DNA of 64,000 nucleotides from Pirellulales bacterium (GTDB taxonomy: Bacteria > Planctomycetota > Planctomycetia > Pirellulales > UBA1268). The position numbers were made by a program, and so were the translations under genes. The notes under the pieces are model-generated. The model was not told the origin of the DNA and did no database searches. It was given only the letters and a program-made list of their open reading frames with translations. The stretch lies in assembly GCA_044238145.1 (NCBI GenBank), contig JBIIDT010000003.1, positions 14,155-78,154 on the forward strand, in the 5' to 3' direction. Of this stretch, positions 30,091 through 38,216 are shown piece after piece; positions within the stretch are counted from its first letter, which is position 1, and the number at the start of each line of letters is the position of its first letter.

Positions 30091-31113
30091 TCAGGCGGGC
30101 TTCGCCGGGGCGTGTCCGCGCGGCCCGAACGCCAGCACGGTCGCGGCGCCGACGGCCACCACGAGCATCCCCGCCAGGAAGAACGGGCTGATCGCGGTCG
30201 TGGGCGTGCCGGTAAGCGCCAGCGTGGCGAGCGTGTTGATCACCGGGGCGCAGCCGAACACCACCGGCATCACCGTGAACGGCTTGCCGCCGAGGTTGAA
30301 GGCGAGGATCGTGCCCAGCGCACCGAGGGCGCCGAGGCCGCCGGCCGCCAGGCTCCACAGGGTGCCGCCGAGCCGCCAGTTGCCCGTGTCGCCCATGGGC
30401 ACGAGAAGCGCCAACGGCACGAGCACGGCGATCAGGAAGTAGGCCACCCCGATGCACAACAGCGGCCGCAGCCGACTGCCCCCCATCGCCCCCTGCCCGC
30501 GGTGCAGCACCGGCCCGTAGCCGCCCCAGCAGACGAGCGTCATGACCGTGGCGAGGAGCACCTCGACGAGCCGCTCGGCCTTCTTTTCGACCGTCGGCGG
30601 CGCGGCGGCGGACGACTCCACCGCGGCCGCAGCCGGCGGAGGCGCGTGCGCCGCGGCCTGCGGCTTGAAGACCAGCACCGTGACCGCACCGGCTACCACC
30701 AGCAGCAGGCCGGCGAGGAAGGGCGCCTTGAGCTGGTCGAAGGCCCGGTTCATGACCGCGGTCAGCAGCGTGTTGACGACCGGCGCCCCGCCGAAGATGA
30801 GCGGCATGACGTAGATCGGCTTGCCGCCGAAGCCGATGGCGAGGATCACGCCCAGGGCGCCCAGCGATCCCGCCACCCCGGCGAGCAGGCTCCAGAAGAC
30901 GCCCTTCGCGGTCCAGCCGCCGCGCTCGCCCCAGCGGGCGAGCAGGGCCGCGGGAATCAGCACGGCGATCAGGAAGTAGGCGGCCCCCACGCACACGAAC
31001 GGCCGCAGGCTCGACTGCATGGCATCGCGGCCGAAGTGGAGCACCGGGCCGTAGCCTCCCCAGCAGAGGGCCGTGAGGGCGATGGCGGCGAGCATTCCGC
31101 AGAGTTGCAGCAT
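30091..31113 (-). CDS. Internally duplicated polytopic membrane protein (two homologous halves of about 5 TM helices each, DMT-like architecture)
   Basis: The two halves align. LCWGGYGPVLHFGRDAM...VGAAYFLIAVLIPAALL...FWSLLAGVAGSLGALGVILA...GGKPIYVMPLIFGGAPVVNTL matches LVCWGGYGPVLHRGQGAM...IGVAYFLIAVLVPLALL...LWSLAAGGLGALGALGTILA...GGKPFTVMPVVFGCAPVINTL. The family assignment is tentative. Confidence 0.6.
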   Translation of the reverse strand: MLQLCGMLAAIALTALCWGGYGPVLHFGRDAMQSSLRPFVCVGAAYFLIAVLIPAALLARWGERGGWTAKGVFWSLLAGVAGSLGALGVILAIGFGGKPIYVMPLIFGGAPVVNTLLTAVMNRAFDQLKAPFLAGLLLVVAGAVTVLVFKPQAAAHAPPPAAAAVESSAAAPPTVEKKAERLVEVLLATVMTLVCWGGYGPVLHRGQGAMGGSRLRPLLCIGVAYFLIAVLVPLALLVPMGDTGNWRLGGTLWSLAAGGLGALGALGTILAFNLGGKPFTVMPVVFGCAPVINTLATLALTGTPTTAISPFFLAGMLVVAVGAATVLAFGPRGHAPAKPA

Positions 31114-31130
31114 GGGAACTCCTCGAGGGG

Positions 31131-32201
31131 TCAGGCGATCATACGTCGGCCGCGGCCCAGGACCTCGAGGGCGGCCCGGCCGACCTCCTCGACCGTGATC
31201 AGCCGCATGCAGTCGTGGTGGCCGAGCGGGCAGACCGGCTGGCGGCACGGCGCACAGACGAGCGGTTTCCGCATTTCGACACACCGCTCCGCGTCGGACT
31301 GCCCGAGCAGCGGATCGGTCGGGCCGACGAGGGCGACCGTGGGGACGCCGAAGGCGGCGCCGATGTGCCGCGGGCCGCTGTCGGACGAGATGGCCAGGGA
31401 CGCCCGCCGGTAGACCGCCTTGGAGAGCCCGAGCGGCAGGTCCGCCTCGTCGCCGAGTCCGGCGACGGCGGGCAGGGCGGCCCGGGCGACGACCGCGCGG
31501 GCCGCCTCGCGGTCGCTCGGACCGCAGTGAATGAGCACGCACACGCCGGGCAACCGCTCCACGAGCCACCGGGCGAGGGCCGCATGGTTCTCGACGCCCC
31601 ACGCCCGCGACGTGCCCTGGGCGCTGTTGTCGTTGAGCACGACGAGTGGATCACCGCCGCCGGGATCCCGGCCCGGGAAGAGGCGGGCGAGCAGCCGCTC
31701 GGAATGCCGCTCGTCGGCCGCCGTGGTCGCCAGTTCGAGGTGGAGCGATTGCGGCGGCAGGCCGATCGCCGCGCCGATCCGCAGGTAGGCCACGGGCGGC
31801 GGCAGGACCTGCGGCCGGCCGTTCTCCCGGGGCTGGGGGAGCGGGTCGGTGAGCAGCAGCCGGCGGCAGTTGCCCACCACCCCGACCCGGCGGCGGGCCC
31901 CGCCCCGGAAGGCGAGCGCCGCGGCGGAGAGGGATCCCGGCAGCACGAGCGCGATGTCGGGACGGATGGCCGCAAGCGCCCGGGCCGCCGCCCGAAAGCC
32001 GATCGTCGGCTTCCGATTGTGGCGGTCGTAGCAGATCACGTCGTCGATCCAGTCGGTGCCCGCGAGCAGGTCGGCGATCACCGGCCGCATCACGCCGATG
32101 ATCCGCGCGGCGGTGCCGTAGTGGGCGCGCAGGCCGCGGAGCAGGGGGGTGGCCATGCAGGCATCACCCACCCAGCGGGGCAGGATCACGGCGATCTTCA
32201 T
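31131..32201 (-). CDS. Glycosyltransferase family 9 (heptosyltransferase-like)
   Basis: The N-terminus is MKIAVILPRWVGDACMATPLL. The late motif is SSDSGPRHIGAAFGVPTVALVGPT. The start was set at the ATG at 32201. Confidence 0.8.
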   Translation of the reverse strand: MKIAVILPRWVGDACMATPLLRGLRAHYGTAARIIGVMRPVIADLLAGTDWIDDVICYDRHNRKPTIGFRAAARALAAIRPDIALVLPGSLSAAALAFRGGARRRVGVVGNCRRLLLTDPLPQPRENGRPQVLPPPVAYLRIGAAIGLPPQSLHLELATTAADERHSERLLARLFPGRDPGGGDPLVVLNDNSAQGTSRAWGVENHAALARWLVERLPGVCVLIHCGPSDREAARAVVARAALPAVAGLGDEADLPLGLSKAVYRRASLAISSDSGPRHIGAAFGVPTVALVGPTDPLLGQSDAERCVEMRKPLVCAPCRQPVCPLGHHDCMRLITVEEVGRAALEVLGRGRRMIA

Positions 32202-32323
32202 GGCCCAGACGGTACCGGCTGGACCGCGGCGGCGGCAAAGCCAGATTCCCGTCCCGCCGGTCGGCGGCGACCGTGCGGCCTCCGCGGCGGGACTGCAGCC
32301 GCCCCGGCGGCGGCCGGACGGCG

Positions 32324-33439
32324 TCAGAACATGCCGCCGCCGACGCCCGTGGCCCCGCCCATCGCGGCCGGCTCGTCGTGGACCTTCACGCCCGCGACCG
32401 ACCGGATCAGCCGGCCGACGAGGGCGTGAAACTCTGGCGACACCGACTGCACGGCCAGACACTCGCCCACCGCGGTCACCTTGGCCTCCGGATCGGCGTT
32501 GTAGGGAAGCGACTCGTTGCACAACGGCACGAGTTTGTTGGCCAGATCCTTGCGGATCTCGGCGTCGGCGACGTAGTGGATGCGAACGGTGGGCGTCTTC
32601 GAGGCCGGAATGTCGTCCGGGCCGCCGAACTCCGCCAGGGCCCGCTCATGCAGCCCGCGCAGCAGGCCCTCAATCTGCTCGTGGACCTCCGCGCTCTGCG
32701 AGACCACGAGCACGGGTTCGCCGCCGTAATCCAGCGGGCGGATGACGCCGTTGCCACCGCCATCAGCCCAGGCCGCGGGACCGCCGACGGTGTTTTGGAC
32801 CAGGTCTATGAGCGACTGGAAATCGACGGGCACCGTCTCGGCGTAAACCCACGGCACCGGATACAGCCGCACCGCGAGGTCCTCGTTCGCCCGCTCTCTC
32901 GTCGTGACCACGAGCGATTCGTCGCGGACCATCCACGTCAGCTCGATGGGATCGAGGATCTGGCGGAGCGCGGCCCGGGCGGACGTGCCCTGGGCGGTGA
33001 ACGTGATCGGCGTGTCGAGGTCGACGCCGGAATCCTCGAAGGCCCGCATGTCGATGACGAACGGGACACCGATCGCCTCACCGGCCGTGACGAGCACCTC
33101 CCGCAGGGGCGCCTCGGTGAACTTCCACTTCGCCGCGGCCACCGGCTGCCCGAGGGCAGCGTCGATCGCGTCTGCCGCCTCGACGTCCGCCGCGTCGCCG
33201 AGCAGCCGCGAGCGGTAGTCGCGAACCATTGGCAGCCGGGTCACCTGGGGATGGACGATGCGGGTCCGCGGGGCGGGCGGCGGGACGACGACCGGCGGCG
33301 TCGCAGGCTGCCCGACCGGCCGCGGCGGCTCGACGGCCGGATTCGCCGGCGGCTCGGCGGCGACCGCCGGCAGGCACACGACGACGGAAAAGAAGCAAGC
33401 GGCCAGTAAATGGAACGAGTTGTGGCGGGGGCCGACCAT
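32324..33439 (-). CDS. Secreted hypothetical protein with a Pro-rich linker and two secretin-N/STN-like alpha/beta modules
   Basis: AAGGAG lies 8 nt before the ATG at 33439. The signal peptide is FHLLAACFFSVVVCLPAVAA. The modules are WKFTEAPLREVLVTAGEAIGVPFVID...ARAALRQILDPIELTWMVRDESLVVTT and VRLYPVPWV...LIDLVQNTVGGPAAW...VLVVSQSAEVHEQIEGLL. The function is unknown. Confidence 0.6.
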   Translation of the reverse strand: MVGPRHNSFHLLAACFFSVVVCLPAVAAEPPANPAVEPPRPVGQPATPPVVVPPPAPRTRIVHPQVTRLPMVRDYRSRLLGDAADVEAADAIDAALGQPVAAAKWKFTEAPLREVLVTAGEAIGVPFVIDMRAFEDSGVDLDTPITFTAQGTSARAALRQILDPIELTWMVRDESLVVTTRERANEDLAVRLYPVPWVYAETVPVDFQSLIDLVQNTVGGPAAWADGGGNGVIRPLDYGGEPVLVVSQSAEVHEQIEGLLRGLHERALAEFGGPDDIPASKTPTVRIHYVADAEIRKDLANKLVPLCNESLPYNADPEAKVTAVGECLAVQSVSPEFHALVGRLIRSVAGVKVHDEPAAMGGATGVGGGMF

Positions 33440-33574
33440 GGGAGGACTCCTTGCTGCGGCGGAGGGAGAGAACAGAACGCAGGGGTGCGGGTCTGATGGT
33501 GCCGTGGAATCCGCCGCCGGATGGCGTGCGAATCCAACGTCGATTAGTCTACCTCTGCCTCGGAGACCCCCGCC

Positions 33575-35647
33575 ATGCCCCGCCCCGGCCGCCCGGCCCA
33601 TCGCCTGCCCGTGGCGCTCGGCGCCCTGCTCGGCCTCTCGCTGGCCGGCCTCCGGCCCGCGGTAAGCCCCGCGGACGAGCCACCCGTCGCGGCCCGCGAG
33701 GCCGCCCTCCGCGAGCGGATCCAGAAGGCCGTGGACCGGGTCTACCCGACGCTCGTCCGCATCGACGTCGTGATGGAGTCGGGCGGCTCGGGCCGGATGC
33801 AGAAGTCGCGGGGCACCGGTTCCGGCGCCTGCATCACCGCCGACGGCTACATCATCACGAATCACCACGTCGCCGGTCGCGGCAGCCGGATCACCGTGCG
33901 GATGACCAACCGCGAGGAGCTGCCCGCCAAGCTCATCGGCACCGACGCCCTCTCCGACCTGACGATCCTCAAGATCGACCCGGCCGCCCGCCGCGACCCC
34001 GCCGCGCCGCTCCCCTTCGCCACGTTCGGCGACTCCGACACGCTCCAGATCGGCGACGTCGTCCTCGCCATGGGCAGCCCCGCCGGCCTCTCGCAGAGCG
34101 TGACGCAGGGCATCGTCTCGAACCTGGCCCTCGTCCCCCCCGGAGGCGCGCTGCGGATCGAGGGGGAGAGCGTCGGCGAGTTGATCCGCTGGATCGGTCA
34201 CGACGCGATCATCTTCCCGGGCAACTCGGGCGGGCCGCTGGTCAACCTCGACGGCGAGATCGTCGGCGTCAACGAGATCGGCGTGGGCAGCCTGGGAGGT
34301 GCGATCCCGGCGAACATCGCCAAGGCCGTGGCCGACGAGATCATCGCCCGGGGAAGCGTGGCCCGCAGCTGGGCGGGCATGGGCGTGCAGCCGTTGCTCA
34401 AGTCGGCGGCCGCCGACACCGGCGTGATGGTCGGTTCCGTGCTGCCCGGAGGTCCCGCCCAGCAGGCGGGACTGCGGCCCGGCGACCTGATCACGTCGTT
34501 CCACGGCACCCCGATCCCCGCCGCCCGGGCCGCCGAGGACCTGCCGGCCTTCAATCGCCTGGTGTTCGGCGTTCCGGTCGGCACGCCCGTGCAGGTCAAG
34601 GGCACCCGCGACGGCCAGCCGATGGAGTGGCAGCTCGTCACCGCCGTCCGCGAGCCGTCGCTGCCCAAGGAGGTGGAACTCCAGCCGCTGGGCCTGACCG
34701 CCCGCGACCTGACGAAGGTCGTGGCCCTGGAAAAGAAGCGGCCGAGCACGGCCGGCGCGATCGTGGTCGGCGTTCGCAACGGCGGCGGGGCCGCCGAGGC
34801 GAAGCCCGCGTTGCGGGAGGGGGACATCGTCGTCAGGCTGGGGAGCGAGCCGATCGCCCGCACCGCCGATCTGCTCGCGGCCGTCACCGCGATCAGCGAG
34901 CGGACCAAGGAACCCGTGCCCACGCTCGTGACCTTCGTCCGCGACGCCGAGGAGATGGTGACGGTGGCGAAGGTCGGCCCGCCGTCGGAGAGCGACCGGG
35001 CCGGCAAGCCGGCCCGCCCATGGCTCGGCGCGCAGACCCAGGTGCTGACCCGCGAGATCGCGGAGGCGCTCGGCATCGCCGGCCGGAAGGGTGTCCGGGT
35101 CACGCACGTCGTGCCCGAGTCGCCCGCGGCCCGGGCCGGCCTGCAGGTGGGCGACCTGCTCCTCAAGCTCGACGGCCGCGTGATCGCGGCCGACAAACCG
35201 TCCGACACCGACGTCTTCGAGAGCCTGGTGCGGGCCTATGCCATCGGCACTGAGATCGCCTTCGACGGCCTGCGGGGCACGGAGCCGCTGGCCGTCAAGG
35301 TGATGCTCGACGGGACGCCCGCCGCCACCGGCGACCTCGACACCTTCAAGGACGAGACCTTCGAGCTCACGATCCGCGAGTTGCCGCTCGCCGAGCGGAT
35401 CGCCGAGCAGATGCCCGTCGACGCCCCGGGCGTGCGAGTGAGCGCCGTGCAGCCCAACGGCTGGGCGGCCCTCGCCGGCATCGGGCCCGGCGACGTCGTG
35501 GTGTCGATCGACGGGCAGCTCGTGAAGACGGTGGCCGACGCCGAGAAGCTGCTCAAGGCCTGCCGCGAGACGAAGCCGAAGCAGGTCGTGTTCTTCGTCC
35601 GCCGCGGCGTGAACACGGGATTCGCGGAAGTGGAGCCGCGCTGGTAG
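33575..35647 (+). CDS. HtrA/DegP-type trypsin-like serine protease with multiple PDZ domains
   Basis: A signal peptide is present. The catalytic residues lie in TNHHV, DLTILKI and GNSGGPLVN. Several C-terminal PDZ-like segments follow, such as GPAQQAGLRPGDLI, SPAARAGLQVGDLLL and GWAALAGIGPGDVVV. Confidence 0.9.
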   Translation: MPRPGRPAHRLPVALGALLGLSLAGLRPAVSPADEPPVAAREAALRERIQKAVDRVYPTLVRIDVVMESGGSGRMQKSRGTGSGACITADGYIITNHHVAGRGSRITVRMTNREELPAKLIGTDALSDLTILKIDPAARRDPAAPLPFATFGDSDTLQIGDVVLAMGSPAGLSQSVTQGIVSNLALVPPGGALRIEGESVGELIRWIGHDAIIFPGNSGGPLVNLDGEIVGVNEIGVGSLGGAIPANIAKAVADEIIARGSVARSWAGMGVQPLLKSAAADTGVMVGSVLPGGPAQQAGLRPGDLITSFHGTPIPAARAAEDLPAFNRLVFGVPVGTPVQVKGTRDGQPMEWQLVTAVREPSLPKEVELQPLGLTARDLTKVVALEKKRPSTAGAIVVGVRNGGGAAEAKPALREGDIVVRLGSEPIARTADLLAAVTAISERTKEPVPTLVTFVRDAEEMVTVAKVGPPSESDRAGKPARPWLGAQTQVLTREIAEALGIAGRKGVRVTHVVPESPAARAGLQVGDLLLKLDGRVIAADKPSDTDVFESLVRAYAIGTEIAFDGLRGTEPLAVKVMLDGTPAATGDLDTFKDETFELTIRELPLAERIAEQMPVDAPGVRVSAVQPNGWAALAGIGPGDVVVSIDGQLVKTVADAEKLLKACRETKPKQVVFFVRRGVNTGFAEVEPRW

Positions 35648-35721
35648 ACATGGCGTTTTCCTTCCTCCGGTAACACTGCCCCCGTTCCCCTCACCCTAGG
35701 ACGCTCGCCAGCGGGCCCGCC

Positions 35722-36573
35722 ATGACTCCACCCCTCGTTCGCTTCGCCGTGTTCGTCTTCGCCGCCATGGCGCTCGCCGCCACGCCTCCCCGAGCCGGCG
35801 GCGAGGAGCCGGTGCCCGCCCTAGGCCGGAAGGTCTTCGAGCAGAACCGCGAATCGATCGTCAAGGTGACGGGCGTGGCCCAGATCCGCCTCTCGGCGGC
35901 GGCCCGGCCGGGCCTGACCATGCCCGAGCGCGAGGACAAGGTCCGCACCGACGGCACGCTCGTCGACGACAAGGGGCTCGTCGTGCTCTCCCTGAGCGCC
36001 ATCGATCCGTCGCGGCTCATCGACGGTCGCGAGGCCAACTCGCCGGCCGGGCCGATCAAGGTGGAGGCGTCGGCCACGCTCAAGGAATTGGAGATCATCC
36101 TCGGCGACGGCACCGAGATCCCCGCCACCCTCGTCTTCAAGGACGAGGACCTCGACCTGGCGTTCCTGCGGCCCAAAGCCGACGCGCCGGAGGCCGGCGG
36201 CGCGACCTTCGACCCGGTCGATCTCGCCGCGGCGGGCACGGTGCAGGTGGCCGACTACACGGTCTCGGTGACGCGGCTCGAGGACCTGTTCAACAACGAC
36301 CCGGCGCTGATGCCGGGCCAGGTATCGGCGGTGATCGAACGGCCACGGCCGTTCGTCCTGGCGACCAACGTCGTCCGCGGCTGCCCGATGTTCACGCTCG
36401 ACGGCAAACTGCTCGGCATCGGCATCGTGAGGCACCGGAAGACGGAGGGGGGCACCGCCGCGGGCAACGCGCTCGTGCCCGCGGCCGAGGTGCTGAAGCT
36501 CGTGCGGCAGATCCCCGACAAGGCTCCCGAGCCGACCGCACCGGCCGCCGAGAAGCCGGCCCCGGCCCCCTGA
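35722..36573 (+). CDS. Secreted trypsin-fold paralogue lacking the catalytic His and Ser (probable pseudoprotease)
   Basis: A signal peptide is present. It is collinear with the HtrA protease domain. The His site TNHHV is replaced by VLSLSAI. The Asp site DLDLAFLR is kept. GNSGGPLVNLDGEIVGV is replaced by VRGCPMFTLDGKLLGIG. Confidence 0.6.
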   Translation: MTPPLVRFAVFVFAAMALAATPPRAGGEEPVPALGRKVFEQNRESIVKVTGVAQIRLSAAARPGLTMPEREDKVRTDGTLVDDKGLVVLSLSAIDPSRLIDGREANSPAGPIKVEASATLKELEIILGDGTEIPATLVFKDEDLDLAFLRPKADAPEAGGATFDPVDLAAAGTVQVADYTVSVTRLEDLFNNDPALMPGQVSAVIERPRPFVLATNVVRGCPMFTLDGKLLGIGIVRHRKTEGGTAAGNALVPAAEVLKLVRQIPDKAPEPTAPAAEKPAPAP

Positions 36574-36684
36574 AGGCCCGCCGCTTAGCGGGCCGGCTGC
36601 CACCGCCTCCAGTAGGTCGGCGGCGGCACGGGCTATGATGGTGGGGAAAATCCACCGCCCTCACCACGCACGCGAGGCATTCGC

Positions 36685-38073
36685 ATGCTCGAGTTCCGAG
36701 CTCCCTCGGCCCGCGATCGGGCAATCCTGTGCGGCGGCCCGTCGCGACGCGACTTCCTCCAGGTGGGCGCCCTGGCGGCCGTCGGGCTCTCCCTGCCGCA
36801 GTACGCGCGGGCGGCCGCCGAGGGGAAGGTCCGCCCGGGCCACGAGAAGCGGTCCTGCATCATGATCTTCAACCTGGGCGGCCCGTCGAACATGGACCTC
36901 TGGGACATGAAGCCCGACGCCCCGGCCGAGATCCGGGGCCCCTTCAAGCCGATCCGCACGAAGAGCGACGCCTTCGAGGTGTCGGAACTCCTGCCGAAGC
37001 ACGCGGAGATCGCCGACAAGTTCTCGCTCGTGCGGAGCTGCCACCACGACGGCGCGGCGGTGCACGACGCCGGCTGGCAGATGATGCAGACCGGGCGGCG
37101 GTTCACCGGCGGCATCGAGACGCCGCACGCCGGCAGCGTGGCCGCCTACCTGCTCGGCCGCCGCACCGACCTGCCCCCCTTCGTGGTGCTCCCCGAGATC
37201 ATGGGCCGCGGTGGCGGCAACCTGCCCAACGGCCAGGCCGGCGGCTTCCTCGGCAAGGCCCACGATCCCTTCGCCCTGATGGCCGATCCCTCGCGACCCA
37301 ACTTCCGGGTTCCCGACCTGCTCCCCCCGGACCAGGTCTCGGTCGCCCGGCTCGACCGGCGGCGGAAGATGCGGGAGATCGTGGAGGGGGCCGCGAAGCA
37401 GTTCGAGGCGAGCGAGGACGCCCGGCTCCTCGATGAAAACTTCCACGCCGCCTGGCGGCTGATGACGAGCCCGCAGGCCCGCGAGGCCTTCGACCTCTCG
37501 AAGGAGCCACAGGCGGTTCGCGAACGCTACGGCATGAACCGCTTCGGCCAGTGCTGCCTGCTCGCCCGCAGGCTCGTGGAGAACGGCGTGCGGTTCGTGA
37601 CCATCAACACGTTCCTCACGGTGTTCGACGAGATCACCTGGGACATCCACGGCTCGAAGCCGTTCACGTCGATCGAGGGCATGAAAACCATCGTCTGCCC
37701 GATGTACGACCAGGCCTACTCGGCCCTGATCGGCGACCTCTTCGAGCGCGGCCTGCTCGGCGACACGCTCGTGGCCGGGCTCTCCGAGTTCGGCCGCACG
37801 CCGAAGGTGAACCCGGCCGGCGGCCGCGACCACTACCCGCAGTGCTTCACCTGCTCGTTCGCGGGCGGCGGCGTCAAGGGGGGCCGCGCCGTCGGTGCCA
37901 GCGACACGATCGGCGCGTTCCCGGCGGAGCGGCCGGTGAAGCCCGGCGACATCGTGGCCACGATCTTCCACTCGCTCGGCCTCGACCACGAACGGCACCT
38001 GCCGGGCCCCGCCGGCCGGCCGTTCGCCCTCACCGACTTCGGCACGGAGCCGATCAAGGAATTGTTCACATGA
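36685..38073 (+). CDS. DUF1501 (sulfatase-like) protein with a Tat-type signal
   Basis: The Tat-type signal is SRRDFLQVGALAAVGLSLP. Hallmark DUF1501 blocks are SCIMIFNLGGPSNMDLWDMKPDAP and SEFGRTPKVNPAGGRDHYP. Confidence 0.9.
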   Translation: MLEFRAPSARDRAILCGGPSRRDFLQVGALAAVGLSLPQYARAAAEGKVRPGHEKRSCIMIFNLGGPSNMDLWDMKPDAPAEIRGPFKPIRTKSDAFEVSELLPKHAEIADKFSLVRSCHHDGAAVHDAGWQMMQTGRRFTGGIETPHAGSVAAYLLGRRTDLPPFVVLPEIMGRGGGNLPNGQAGGFLGKAHDPFALMADPSRPNFRVPDLLPPDQVSVARLDRRRKMREIVEGAAKQFEASEDARLLDENFHAAWRLMTSPQAREAFDLSKEPQAVRERYGMNRFGQCCLLARRLVENGVRFVTINTFLTVFDEITWDIHGSKPFTSIEGMKTIVCPMYDQAYSALIGDLFERGLLGDTLVAGLSEFGRTPKVNPAGGRDHYPQCFTCSFAGGGVKGGRAVGASDTIGAFPAERPVKPGDIVATIFHSLGLDHERHLPGPAGRPFALTDFGTEPIKELFT

Positions 38074-38084
38074 ACGCCAGGGAA

Positions 38085-38216
38085 GGGGTTGCCCATGGCA
38101 TGGAGCCGGCCTTGCTGGCAAGCGCAGCCAGGGATGGCGAAGCGCAGCCAGCATGGAGTGAGCGGAGGCCAGGATGGCCGAAGCGAACGTCCGGGCGACA
38201 TGGCATGGGCAACCCC
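38085..38216 (+). repeat. Intergenic TIR repeat element, copy C (132 bp)
   Basis: It has perfect 13-bp terminal inverted repeats, GGGGTTGCCCATG and CATGGGCAACCCC. There are internal sub-repeats (GCGAAGCGCAGCCAG-like). Its right end contains the ATG at 38205 used for the downstream gene. Confidence 0.78.

Noticed and set aside
35722-36573. Annotating the second trypsin-fold gene as an active serine protease.
   Set aside because: The positions that align with the catalytic His and Ser of the neighbouring HtrA domain are not His and Ser. It was therefore called a probable pseudoprotease.
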